Below are positions 7,932-16,232 of a stretch of 23,409 bases of DNA, one piece after another. The notes under the pieces are model-generated. The model was not told the origin of the DNA, made no database searches, and saw nothing but the letters and a program-made list of their open reading frames with translations. Each line of letters begins with the position of its first letter. Positions within the stretch are counted from its first letter, which is position 1. The position numbers were made by a program, and so were the translations under genes. Origin of the DNA: Oligoflexales bacterium (GTDB lineage: Bacteria > Bdellovibrionota_B > Oligoflexia > Oligoflexales > RGVZ01); the NCBI GenBank assembly GCA_044236265.1, contig JBIIGV010000040.1:1-23409 (forward strand). The letters run 5' to 3'.

Positions 7932-8193
7932 AAGTTAGTCTCCTGATCAACAGCCCGAGGCGAGTTTCGCCTTTTTTCGACGGAATAGCAACGACCTGGC
8001 GCGTGTGTTTACGTGAGTGGTGGCGGATAAAAAATTCTGCGTGTGTTGATTAAATATGAGGCGAGGTTTGACTTTATTTTTTGCTAATCACCTTGGAAGC
8101 CTTGGGGCGATGTGTTAAGACAGGACAGTTCTTCAAAAAGAAATGAGTAGATGCCAAAAACGCTTGGGATCTTTTAAGGTTACAGGAAACATC

Positions 8194-8823
8194 ATGTCGC
8201 AGCAGCCGCAGCCGAGCCCCAAGAAACGGAACACTCTTGGACGAAGTATTTTGAAGGCCTCAACGATTGCTTATTTCGTCATGGGATTAGTCGGCTTTGA
8301 AATCTGTTGGTGGTATCACCAGAATGTTCACTCACTGCTAGGCTCCCTGCAATATAGCACCAAGACAACGATCTCAATCATTGTTGCATCCATTGCTTTT
8401 TTGCTTCTTGTTCAACGACTGCTTGAAGATCTTTTTTCTTCTTACGTCACATTTAAACGTCGACTTGCCGTTGTCTTTGGTGGTCTAGGCTGGCTTGGGA
8501 TGCTTTGGATTGCTTTGGTGTCTGCGGTCGGAGAAGAGATTTTGTTTCGCGGTGCCATTCAGCCTTTTCTCGGGCTTTGGTTTACGAGTTTGTTGTTTGG
8601 ACTCTTGCATATGGATCCTGAAGGCGGGATTTCAGCGTGGACACTTTGGGCGATACTTGCCGGCGTTGTCCTCGGTTCGGTAGTCAATGTGACTGGTTCT
8701 CTGTGGCCGGCAATATTCATTCACTTCATCATTAATTTTATCGGCATTCGCTCCTTATCTCGTATTGTTTTAAAGCCGGTGAAAGCACGTCCCGATGTTT
8801 CAAGGGGGCCTGGTGCGTCATGA
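8194..8823 (+). CDS. CPBP (CAAX-protease/Abi) family intramembrane glutamic endopeptidase
   Basis: EEILFRG, FGLLH and HFIIN motifs with several TM segments. Start set at ATG 8194 (AGGA upstream). Confidence 0.85.
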   Translation: MSQQPQPSPKKRNTLGRSILKASTIAYFVMGLVGFEICWWYHQNVHSLLGSLQYSTKTTISIIVASIAFLLLVQRLLEDLFSSYVTFKRRLAVVFGGLGWLGMLWIALVSAVGEEILFRGAIQPFLGLWFTSLLFGLLHMDPEGGISAWTLWAILAGVVLGSVVNVTGSLWPAIFIHFIINFIGIRSLSRIVLKPVKARPDVSRGPGAS

Positions 8824-9284
8824 TCAAAGGGCATCCAGAGATATGCCTTTTTCGTCCGGAAATTCCTCAAAACGCCGGTAACATCGGTCGCCTCGCCGCG
8901 GCAACACAGTGCCGTCTGCACCTGGTTCGTCCATTTGGATTTTCCGCTAATGATAAAAATCTTCGTAGGGCGGGCCTAGATTACTGGCCGTTCCTTGATC
9001 TTGAGATCCACGATGATCTTGAGGAGCTCGTGGCGCGCTTTGGCGGCCGATTTGCCTTTTTCAGTACCAAAGCAACAAAAATGTACACGGAGATTCCGGT
9101 CGAAACGGATTTGTTGATTTTTGGACAAGAGACTCGCGGCCTTCCTCCATGGGTCTTTGAACGTTGGCCTGAGCATGGTTACAAGATTCCCATTTTCCAT
9201 GAGGGCGTTCGCAGCTTGAATGTGGCCAATGCTGTCAGTATTGTCTTGTATGACCATTTGATGAAGAAACGGAGGCATCTGTGA
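8820..9284 (+). CDS. trmL: tRNA (cytidine/uridine-34-2'-O)-methyltransferase, SPOUT family
   Basis: PEIPQNAGNIGR, RRAGLDYW, FGQETRGLP and RSLNVANAV motifs. ATGA overlap with the upstream gene. Confidence 0.92.
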   Translation: MIKGHPEICLFRPEIPQNAGNIGRLAAATQCRLHLVRPFGFSANDKNLRRAGLDYWPFLDLEIHDDLEELVARFGGRFAFFSTKATKMYTEIPVETDLLIFGQETRGLPPWVFERWPEHGYKIPIFHEGVRSLNVANAVSIVLYDHLMKKRRHL

Positions 9285-10387
9285 GTGACGTCCGACAGCC
9301 CAGTCAGGCATTTTTGGAACAATTCATGACCCCGTCGTTATTTAAGGCGCGTGGATATCATTTGGAAGCTCCAGATGTTGAGGTAAAGCTTGATCAGAAT
9401 GAGAGTCCCTGGGATTGGCCTGATCAGGTTAAGGACATTGTTCTATCGAAGTTAAGAAACCGTCCGTGGAATCGTTACCCCACGCCCTTTGCTGATGATT
9501 TGGCTGCAAAAATTGCCGCAAAAATAGGTGTCGGTTCCAAAAATATTTTATTGGGTCCCGGATCGAATTATCTCATCGGACTCATCCTGCAGACATTCTC
9601 TCGTGCCATCCGTGGAAAAGTTGTCTTAGCTCGGCCATCGTTTCCGCTCTATGAAAGCCACTGCCAATATGAGGGAATTCCTTACGAGGTTTGGCCCTTG
9701 AATGCTGATCTTGAGTACGATGTCAGTCTATTGCCCGAGCTTCCAGCGGGAAGCATGGTGATCTTCGCGTCCCCCAATAACCCTGTTGGGAATGTCTTTA
9801 CACGTGAGCAGCTCACGAAGCTTTTGGAATCATTTCCTGATGTTTTGTTTGTCGGTGATGAAGCTTACTGTGAGTTTGCTGACGAGTCCTATACAGATCT
9901 TCTGCACAGATATCACAATCTGCTACTTGTTCGAACCTTCAGCAAGACGCTTGGTGCTGCCGGTGTGCGGTTAGGATATGTTCTCGGTGCTGCAAACGTC
10001 ATTGAGCTTTTGCGCAAGCCCCGCGTGCCGTTTCTTCTCAACCAATTTACGCTCGTGGCTGCCATGGAGGTTATGGAAAACCAATCCATGGCAAAAGTGT
10101 TTGACGACATCGTCGCAAATGCCTTGCGAGAGCGGACGCGCGTTTATGAGGCTTTGAAACGCGAGTCTACGCGCCTTCAGTTTTCAGTGAAGCCCAGTCA
10201 GGCGAATTTTCTTCTGCTGCGTTGGCCGCTTCAAGAAGGCTGTGACAAGGCTTATCAACATTTACTTAAGCACGGAATTTTGGTGCGTAATGTGTCAGGT
10301 GCGCCGAGCCTGGGTGGTTGTCTTCGGATATCTATTGGCACAGGACCTGAAAACGAGCGCCTGATAAAAGCGTTTGCGACTTTGTAA
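9281..10387 (+). CDS. hisC: Histidinol-phosphate aminotransferase family PLP enzyme
   Basis: KLDQNESP, NRYP, SPNNPVG, DEAY, RTFSK (PLP lysine), GVRLGY, ANF and LRISIG motifs. GTGA overlap with trmL. Confidence 0.85.
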   Translation: MSDVRQPSQAFLEQFMTPSLFKARGYHLEAPDVEVKLDQNESPWDWPDQVKDIVLSKLRNRPWNRYPTPFADDLAAKIAAKIGVGSKNILLGPGSNYLIGLILQTFSRAIRGKVVLARPSFPLYESHCQYEGIPYEVWPLNADLEYDVSLLPELPAGSMVIFASPNNPVGNVFTREQLTKLLESFPDVLFVGDEAYCEFADESYTDLLHRYHNLLLVRTFSKTLGAAGVRLGYVLGAANVIELLRKPRVPFLLNQFTLVAAMEVMENQSMAKVFDDIVANALRERTRVYEALKRESTRLQFSVKPSQANFLLLRWPLQEGCDKAYQHLLKHGILVRNVSGAPSLGGCLRISIGTGPENERLIKAFATL

Positions 10388-10424
10388 GTTTTTCAGAATT
10401 CGATTAACGCAGCTGCACAATAGT

Positions 10425-11171
10425 TTACTGTTTAGCCAGGCTGTCTGACAGGATCCTTGCACATGCTGATCCCTCAGGAAAGTTCAGTCCAAGGCAAGCC
10501 ATGGCGCACAGCCACACAATTTTTTCATCCAAGTCATGGGTCTGTCCCATCCTTGCAGCTACACCCTCATGGTCGATGGTTTTTTGTGTGTGCAGATGGC
10601 CATTGCTCCATGTGAGACTACCATAATCACCACCTCGGCGAATGGTTGCCATGAAATAGACGATTTCACCGGTGTTTGTTTTCTCAACTAGAAGGTCAAA
10701 CGGACCGTCGCCAAAAAAGCGTACGCGATTTCGACCAGCCTCTAACGTTTTTGAAGCGTCAACAGGCATCGATACAGCAGTGCTTCCGCAGCGAATCGGT
10801 TCGACAAATGTTCCAATGCTTTGAATCGAGCGTTCGTGCCCGTGTTCGAACTGGGCAACCCACAATCCATCGCGATGCTCAATTTTGGAAATCCTAAGTG
10901 GAATTGATTGACCGAAGGCTGACAGAGAGAAATCTGCGGGAAGTATTAAGCCCGATAGCGACACACCGGTGTCTCCTTCCAGCAGGCAACCTTGATAGGA
11001 AAGGTTAAGAACTTTAAACAAGCCGCGTTCCTGGTGTTTCATAACAATCAAGTCCGGGGCATGGATCAAATAGCGATTAAAGTATCGACGCTCGTCCTTA
11101 TTCAAGCCCCCCACTGATTGGTTGCCGCTAATCCACTGGAGAATGGTTTTAAAGATATTTAGAACAGGCAT
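10425..11171 (-). CDS. PilZ-domain-containing protein with an unrecognised C-terminal domain
   Basis: RxxxR (RYFNR) followed by NxSxxG (NLSYQG), the PilZ c-di-GMP-binding signature. ATG 11171 has a GGAGG RBS. Confidence 0.6.
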   Translation of the reverse strand: MPVLNIFKTILQWISGNQSVGGLNKDERRYFNRYLIHAPDLIVMKHQERGLFKVLNLSYQGCLLEGDTGVSLSGLILPADFSLSAFGQSIPLRISKIEHRDGLWVAQFEHGHERSIQSIGTFVEPIRCGSTAVSMPVDASKTLEAGRNRVRFFGDGPFDLLVEKTNTGEIVYFMATIRRGGDYGSLTWSNGHLHTQKTIDHEGVAARMGQTHDLDEKIVWLCAMACLGLNFPEGSACARILSDSLAKQ

Positions 11172-11228
11172 CAAAGCCTCCAAGGCAACATCGCCATCCA
11201 TTCATTATAGCGTTCGTGCCCAGTGATC

Positions 11229-11732
11229 TCAACTCTGGCTAGTTTTTATAGGTAGATATGCAGGAATATTCATCTTGCGAAGACTCATGGCGGCACTCCA
11301 TGCATGGCTTTCGCTGTCGGAGATTACCAAAACTCTGGATAGGGTTCTTAGCAAGGGAATCAGTGCTGACGGATTGTGCATGTGAAAGACTTTTGCTGAT
11401 GGGTGCAGAGGCTCTGTCTCATAGGATACATCTGGTCGCATATCAAGAATCATGACGCCAGTCTCATTGGCAATTAAATTCAAGTTTTCCACTTCAAGCC
11501 AGATGTTTTCACCGACCTCAAGACATTCATTTAGCACCTGACACACGTCTATCCATGGCATCCCGGTGACTCTTTCGAGATCTCCGATGGTTTCTGGAAC
11601 CTCTTCTCCCGCGCGCTTTAAAAGATCGGGTGGCAGTAAAAACCTCTCAGTGAGAACCACGTCCAGATATGGAAGACCTAGGCTATCCAGCCGCGTTTGG
11701 GGCGTCCAATATTTTGATGGGTTGTCGTGCAT
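11229..11732 (-). CDS. Hypothetical protein with a degenerate rhodanese-like C-terminal domain
   Basis: ILDMRP...HPSA...VLVISDSESHAWSAAMSLRKMNI resembles the rhodanese fold but lacks the active-loop Cys. Small helical N-terminal domain. Confidence 0.55.
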   Translation of the reverse strand: MHDNPSKYWTPQTRLDSLGLPYLDVVLTERFLLPPDLLKRAGEEVPETIGDLERVTGMPWIDVCQVLNECLEVGENIWLEVENLNLIANETGVMILDMRPDVSYETEPLHPSAKVFHMHNPSALIPLLRTLSRVLVISDSESHAWSAAMSLRKMNIPAYLPIKTSQS

Positions 11733-11850
11733 GGGGTGCTTTCTCTGAAAGATCTGGTTATCTTGTCTATCAACTTCATTGTACTATGACAGAAGACCCG
11801 CGATGGTCAAACCAAGGATTTAAGATTTCTAAATTAAAGGAGAATTAGTC

Positions 11851-12375
11851 TTGATCAGGTTGCCAAATTCGGTGGTGATGCCCTGGCAAGGTCATGAGCC
11901 AAAAATGGGTAAAGATGTATTTCTCGCCAGCGGCGCATCTGTCATCGGCCAAGTCGAATTGGGTGATGACGTTAATGTGTGGTTCAATACGGTTATCCGC
12001 GGTGACGTCAACACCATCAAAATTGGTGCAAGAACCAACATTCAAGACAATACCACAGTGCATGTGACCGTAAACACCGGTCCAACTCGCATTGGGAGTG
12101 ATGTTACGATTGGCCATAATGCGGTTATTCATGCTTGTACAATTGAAGATGAGTGCTTGATTGGTATGGGAGCAACCATCCTCGACGGTGCGATTATCAG
12201 ATCTCGGTGTTTCGTGGCAGCTGGTTCCGTTGTAACACCAGGAAAAGAGATGCCATCAGGTATGATGGTCATGGGCTCTCCGGCTAAGCCGGTCAGGCCA
12301 TTGACCGAGGCTGAGCTGGCTTTTCTTAAGAGATCTGCCAAAGACTATGTACAAACAGCGCGAAGTTATCGCTAA
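11851..12375 (+). CDS. Gamma carbonic anhydrase family (YrdA/PaaY-like) protein
   Basis: Hexapeptide repeats; IRGD, NIQD, VHV, IGHNAVIHAC, LIGMGA and GSPAK motifs. TTG start with AAGGAG RBS. Confidence 0.9.
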   Translation: MIRLPNSVVMPWQGHEPKMGKDVFLASGASVIGQVELGDDVNVWFNTVIRGDVNTIKIGARTNIQDNTTVHVTVNTGPTRIGSDVTIGHNAVIHACTIEDECLIGMGATILDGAIIRSRCFVAAGSVVTPGKEMPSGMMVMGSPAKPVRPLTEAELAFLKRSAKDYVQTARSYR

Positions 12376-12389
12376 GCAGGCTATTCACA

Positions 12390-13412
12390 TTGACACAGAC
12401 AGACACAAACAGGGTTTCAAATGAGCTGGCCATTTCTGCTAGCGATTTGGGACGTGTATTTCAGACCTATAAAAAGCCCGAGGGCTTCAAGGCCTCGTTG
12501 GCTGGATTTTTCAACCGACAGTACGAGTATAAAGAAGCTCTCAAGCCGACAACGCTTGATATCAAGCGCGGTTCCATCGTGGGCCTGGTTGGGGCAAATG
12601 GCGCGGGAAAGACGACGCTGCTGAAGCTGCTTTCAGGTCTGATCCACCCAACGTCTGGCAGTGCGCGAGTTCTTGGTCATGAACCGTGGCGACGCCAAGA
12701 GTCTTATCTGAGACGCATGGGTATTTTGTTGGGCCAAAAAAATCAATTGTGGTGGGATATCTCGCCAGCCGACAGTTTTGCGTTATTGGGCCGTATCTAT
12801 GGCATTACGCCGATAGACGTCCGTAGTCGTGTCATGGAGCTTGCCGAAAAGCTGCAGTGCACCGAGCAATTAAATATTCAACTCAGGCGCTTATCCCTCG
12901 GAGAGCGTATGAAAATGGAGATCATCGGCTCACTTTTGCATCGCCCAGAAATTTTGTTTTTAGATGAGCCAACGATTGGCTTGGATATCGTGGCACAAAA
13001 TACGATTCGTGAATTTCTCATGGAATATGCACGTGCTGAGCGACCTACGATCATTTTAACGAGTCACTACATGGACGATATCGCTCATCTGGCAGATCGC
13101 TTGCTGCTGATTAGTCGCGGAGCCATTGTCTATGACGGCACGGTCAAAGGATTTATGGCGCGAGCTGATTTAAAGCAGCGATTGAAGATGAGATTTGAAG
13201 ATCCTTTGTCATCCGCTGTGACTGCTGGAAAGGGCGAATACTCTATTGAGGTCGGTGCCACCGTTGCGGATATTGCTGTAAACGGTAACGAGGTCAGCGC
13301 AGTATTAAAGGACATTCTTGGGCAGACTCGTATTGCTGAGCTGCAGATTGAGCAGACGAATTTTGAGGATGTGATCCATGAGTTTTTGGCGTCGGAATCT
13401 CGCCGCCGCTAG
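12390..13412 (+). CDS. ABC transporter ATP-binding protein (ABC-2 exporter type)
   Basis: GANGAGKTT, LSLGERMK, LFLDEPT and SHYM motifs. Exact start uncertain. Confidence 0.9.
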   Translation: MTQTDTNRVSNELAISASDLGRVFQTYKKPEGFKASLAGFFNRQYEYKEALKPTTLDIKRGSIVGLVGANGAGKTTLLKLLSGLIHPTSGSARVLGHEPWRRQESYLRRMGILLGQKNQLWWDISPADSFALLGRIYGITPIDVRSRVMELAEKLQCTEQLNIQLRRLSLGERMKMEIIGSLLHRPEILFLDEPTIGLDIVAQNTIREFLMEYARAERPTIILTSHYMDDIAHLADRLLLISRGAIVYDGTVKGFMARADLKQRLKMRFEDPLSSAVTAGKGEYSIEVGATVADIAVNGNEVSAVLKDILGQTRIAELQIEQTNFEDVIHEFLASESRRR

Positions 13413-14187
13413 GCTTGCGTGGATTCAACAGTTTGAGTACCGATTTAATTTATTTGTTGATGCAATCTTACAGCCGGTGTTGACAGCCACCGTTGAGGTT
13501 GCCTTATGGTATGCCATGGTTTCCGGAATCGGTGATGGAGATTCTCTCGGAGGATTCTCCCGGGCTCACTACTTACACTATGCATTGTGGGCTGCGTTTG
13601 TCGCGCGTATCAGTGCCAACTGGATGTATGAATTCAGGATGGGTGAGGAGATCCAATCAGGAACGATCAACGTAATCCTGACAAGACCGTTGTCATTTTA
13701 TCAGTTTTACCTCTCCCAGTTCATGTCCTACAAGGTTTTGACGTCAATGCTATCTCTGACGGTGCCGGCAATGATCGCTAGTTTTTTAATTCCAGGGCCG
13801 ACGGATTTAAGTCGCTTGCCTATGGCTTGTTTGTTGATACTGGCCTATTTAATTATGGCCTATAACATAAGCTTTATCGTGGTGTGTGGTGGGTTTCACC
13901 TCAATAGGATTTCGTCCATCACAACGGCAAAAAATATCGCAATTTGGTGTTTTACGGGTGAACTGTTTCCGATTGATCTGGCTCCGCCGGCCGTTAAAAA
14001 TATACTGCTGAATTTGCCGTTCTCGGCTGGGGTCTACGTACCGGTCGGCTATATCACGGGTCGATGTGAAGCCGATCTCGTCTTGCGAAGTTTACTTATG
14101 GTGCTTGTTTGGGCGGGGATCACGGGATTGGTAGGGCAGTTGCTCTGGAGTTTTAGCATCAAACGATACTCGGGAACTGGGGCTTAA
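13378..14187 (+). CDS. ABC-2 family permease
   Basis: Multi-TM protein with YR.N, I.SG.....L.RP, G...PID and PF....YVP patterns; overlaps the ATPase gene. Confidence 0.85.
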   Translation: MSFWRRNLAAARLAWIQQFEYRFNLFVDAILQPVLTATVEVALWYAMVSGIGDGDSLGGFSRAHYLHYALWAAFVARISANWMYEFRMGEEIQSGTINVILTRPLSFYQFYLSQFMSYKVLTSMLSLTVPAMIASFLIPGPTDLSRLPMACLLILAYLIMAYNISFIVVCGGFHLNRISSITTAKNIAIWCFTGELFPIDLAPPAVKNILLNLPFSAGVYVPVGYITGRCEADLVLRSLLMVLVWAGITGLVGQLLWSFSIKRYSGTGA

Positions 14188-14220
14188 TTGTAGAAGGTTT
14201 AAAAAGGACGCGTCGAATCA

Positions 14221-15009
14221 GTGAGTCGGTATTTTTCAATTTTCATGGCATTTCTGAAAACCAGCTTGGTTGCAGATATGGAGTTTCGCGCAAACCTATC
14301 CATCAAAGTATTGACTGATGTGATTTGGTACATCGCCCAGCTCGCGACCTTTGAAGTATTGTTCGTGCATACGGACCGTTTAGGAGTGTGGCACGTTGAG
14401 GAAATGCGCGTATTCATGACCATGCTTTTTATAATTGACGCTCTCTATATGCTTTTATTCGCCGAGAATTTAGATCAGCTAAGTGTGAAGATTGTCAAAG
14501 GTGAGTTGGATTTTCTGCTGACTAAACCTGTGGACGCACAGTTTATGGCAAGCTTCCAGCGAATTAATACCGCATACTTTGTGAATATTTTTATGGTCGT
14601 TTCTGCCTTCTTTTGGAGTTTGGGTCGACTACCGCAAGGTATTCCTTGGGAGAGGCTTCCCGTTCTTTTAGTGGTCATCCCATCGGGATTAGCTGTGGTT
14701 TATTGCACGCGACTTCTTTTCGCCGCGAGTGCATTATTTTTCGGGGCTAATTCAAGTATCATGATGGTCTGGTTTCAATTGTATCGCCTTGCAACGCGGC
14801 CCGATTTTATCTATCCGCGCTGGATGCGATTTCTGGTACTCACGGCGCTTCCCATGGCGTTTGTCGCCAGTGTGCCCACACGGCTATTGATCGACACATG
14901 GTCCACTGCACTGATTTGGTCTAGCATGATCGTCGGTTTTGCTGCGTTTTGGCTGGCGCGCGGATACTGGCAATTTGCAATTAAGCGCTATGCGAGTGCC
15001 AGCTCATAA
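14221..15009 (+). CDS. ABC-2 family permease (second subunit)
   Basis: MEFRAN, GELDFLLTKPVD, P..IYP and C-terminal RYASASS patterns. Confidence 0.85.
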   Translation: MSRYFSIFMAFLKTSLVADMEFRANLSIKVLTDVIWYIAQLATFEVLFVHTDRLGVWHVEEMRVFMTMLFIIDALYMLLFAENLDQLSVKIVKGELDFLLTKPVDAQFMASFQRINTAYFVNIFMVVSAFFWSLGRLPQGIPWERLPVLLVVIPSGLAVVYCTRLLFAASALFFGANSSIMMVWFQLYRLATRPDFIYPRWMRFLVLTALPMAFVASVPTRLLIDTWSTALIWSSMIVGFAAFWLARGYWQFAIKRYASASS

Positions 15010-15029
15010 AAGCCAAGCAGTTGGGTGGA

Positions 15030-15338
15030 TCATTCTTCCTCTTCGCCAATTGAGTCAATGTGATCCATAAGAACAGCCTCATCGGCGATGCGGCCCATGC
15101 CGCTTTCTTCGCAAAATGAGGCAATAGCGTCCAGCTGTTTATTTAGAGATTCCTCGCTTGAGGCAAGGCTTGTATAGGCAATCGAAGTTTCGCCGTCTTC
15201 CTGCATTGAGCCATATGGCATGACAGTAATTCGAAAGCGGGCGCGTAGCTTCTCAATAAACGCTGCCATCTCTTTGCGGTCGGGAGCAGGAGCACCGTCT
15301 TCTCCCTCGAATGTGATTTTGACCACTGCAAAGTACAT
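15030..15338 (-). CDS. DUF503/YlxP-like small protein
   Basis: Start at ATG 15338 (AAGGGGG RBS), 102 aa: MYFAVVKITF...IEKLRARFRITV... resembles DUF503. The longer upstream frame in the ORF track overlaps another ORF. Confidence 0.65.
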   Translation of the reverse strand: MYFAVVKITFEGEDGAPAPDRKEMAAFIEKLRARFRITVMPYGSMQEDGETSIAYTSLASSEESLNKQLDAIASFCEESGMGRIADEAVLMDHIDSIGEEEE

Positions 15339-15373
15339 AGATCCCCCTTTATCTCTGCCATTATACCCATGAA

Positions 15374-15712
15374 CTATCGGAATACCAATTGCTCGGGAAT
15401 CGGCAAGTTGAAACGAACAGGGCCCACAGCCACAGGGCACTGTCCTGTTACGCGAAACCAGCGATGCATGGGTAAATCTGCTCCGCTGGGAGGATGATCT
15501 TGATCGCAAGGAGTCCAGCGACCATAGCTTCGCGCTGCAATAACGACAGCACATGGGGCCGCCTCTGCGGTGGGGCAACGCTCCTCACTGCTGGCAACGG
15601 CCCACCTAATGCGCCCCACTTCCTGTAACAATTTTTTTGTGATGATCTGGATTTCAATGGCCGCCAAACAGAGGAGGATGTTCATGAAAAGCCCAACAAC
15701 GTGGCTCATCAT
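15374..15712 (-). CDS. Hypothetical membrane-anchored Cys-containing protein coupled to the Flp pilin
   Basis: ATGA overlap with the flp stop codon; N-terminal hydrophobic segment VVGLFMNILLCLAAI; four further Cys; fills the gap to the DUF503 gene. Confidence 0.5.
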   Translation of the reverse strand: MMSHVVGLFMNILLCLAAIEIQIITKKLLQEVGRIRWAVASSEERCPTAEAAPCAVVIAARSYGRWTPCDQDHPPSGADLPMHRWFRVTGQCPVAVGPVRFNLPIPEQLVFR

Positions 15713-15942
15713 TCGTCTTCCCACCCAACATCAAATTCGGCTGCGTCCGAGCCGACTTTCGTCGCCATTTTTTCAACGCGTTCCTTGATCACTTTACCGA
15801 TCCAGGTCACAGCGGAAATGCTGACCAGAAGGGCAAAGCTACTGACAATAATGTACTCCATTGTCACACTACCTTCTGATGAATTTTTACTCATGGGTCG
15901 GTTGGGTAAGGTTATGAGGGTTCTAAGGGTCATTCTTTCCAT
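15709..15942 (-). CDS. flp: Flp family (type IVc/Tad) pilin
   Basis: Prepilin motif EG|SVTMEY (G|xxxxEY) followed by a hydrophobic helix IIVSSFALLVSISAVTWIG; short mature peptide. GGAGG RBS before ATG 15942. Confidence 0.75.
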   Translation of the reverse strand: MERMTLRTLITLPNRPMSKNSSEGSVTMEYIIVSSFALLVSISAVTWIGKVIKERVEKMATKVGSDAAEFDVGWEDE

Positions 15943-16070
15943 GGAGGGCCTCCGGTGCAAAAGGTGAGATTTAAAAGTCCGACAAACGCCTGTGAGAGTA
16001 GGATCTCAAGGTTTCCTTGCACAGAGACATTAGTAGGCCGACGTGATTGTCTGTCACCGACCTCCGCGCA

Positions 16071-16098
16071 AGATCGGAAGGGGGCACTCTAAGACTTA
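16071..16098 (-). promoter_or_regulatory. sigma28-like promoter upstream of flp
   Basis: Minus strand reads TAAG-N16-TCCGATCT; a weaker match than the other three. Confidence 0.3.
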
Positions 16099-16232
16099 AA
16101 GAACAACTTGAGGGGTGGTATCCGTGGCTCACGGGGGCTATAATGGAAGACTGTAATTTCAAACAAAGTGAATCACTATAGTGCGGAAATTAAAAAGTTT
16201 TTTGGAACTTATTGCCAAAGGGATGTGACACA

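Noticed and set aside
7958..7977. Terminator-like hairpin AGGCGA-GTT-TCGCCT-TTTTT
   Set aside because: It lies in a divergent intergenic region with no plus-strand gene ending upstream; short stem, function unsupported.
8194..8823. Abi-domain protein as an abortive-infection defence system
   Set aside because: The Abi/CPBP name denotes an intramembrane protease family; the context is housekeeping with no defence genes.
15339..15578. Cys-rich N-terminal extension of the 182-aa ORF
   Set aside because: It overlaps the flp-coupled ORF; the DUF503-like sequence and its RBS begin at ATG 15338.
15958..15985. Plus-strand CAAAA...TCCGACAA as a sigma28 promoter for moxR
   Set aside because: Poor -35 element and about 250 nt from the moxR start; too weak to call.
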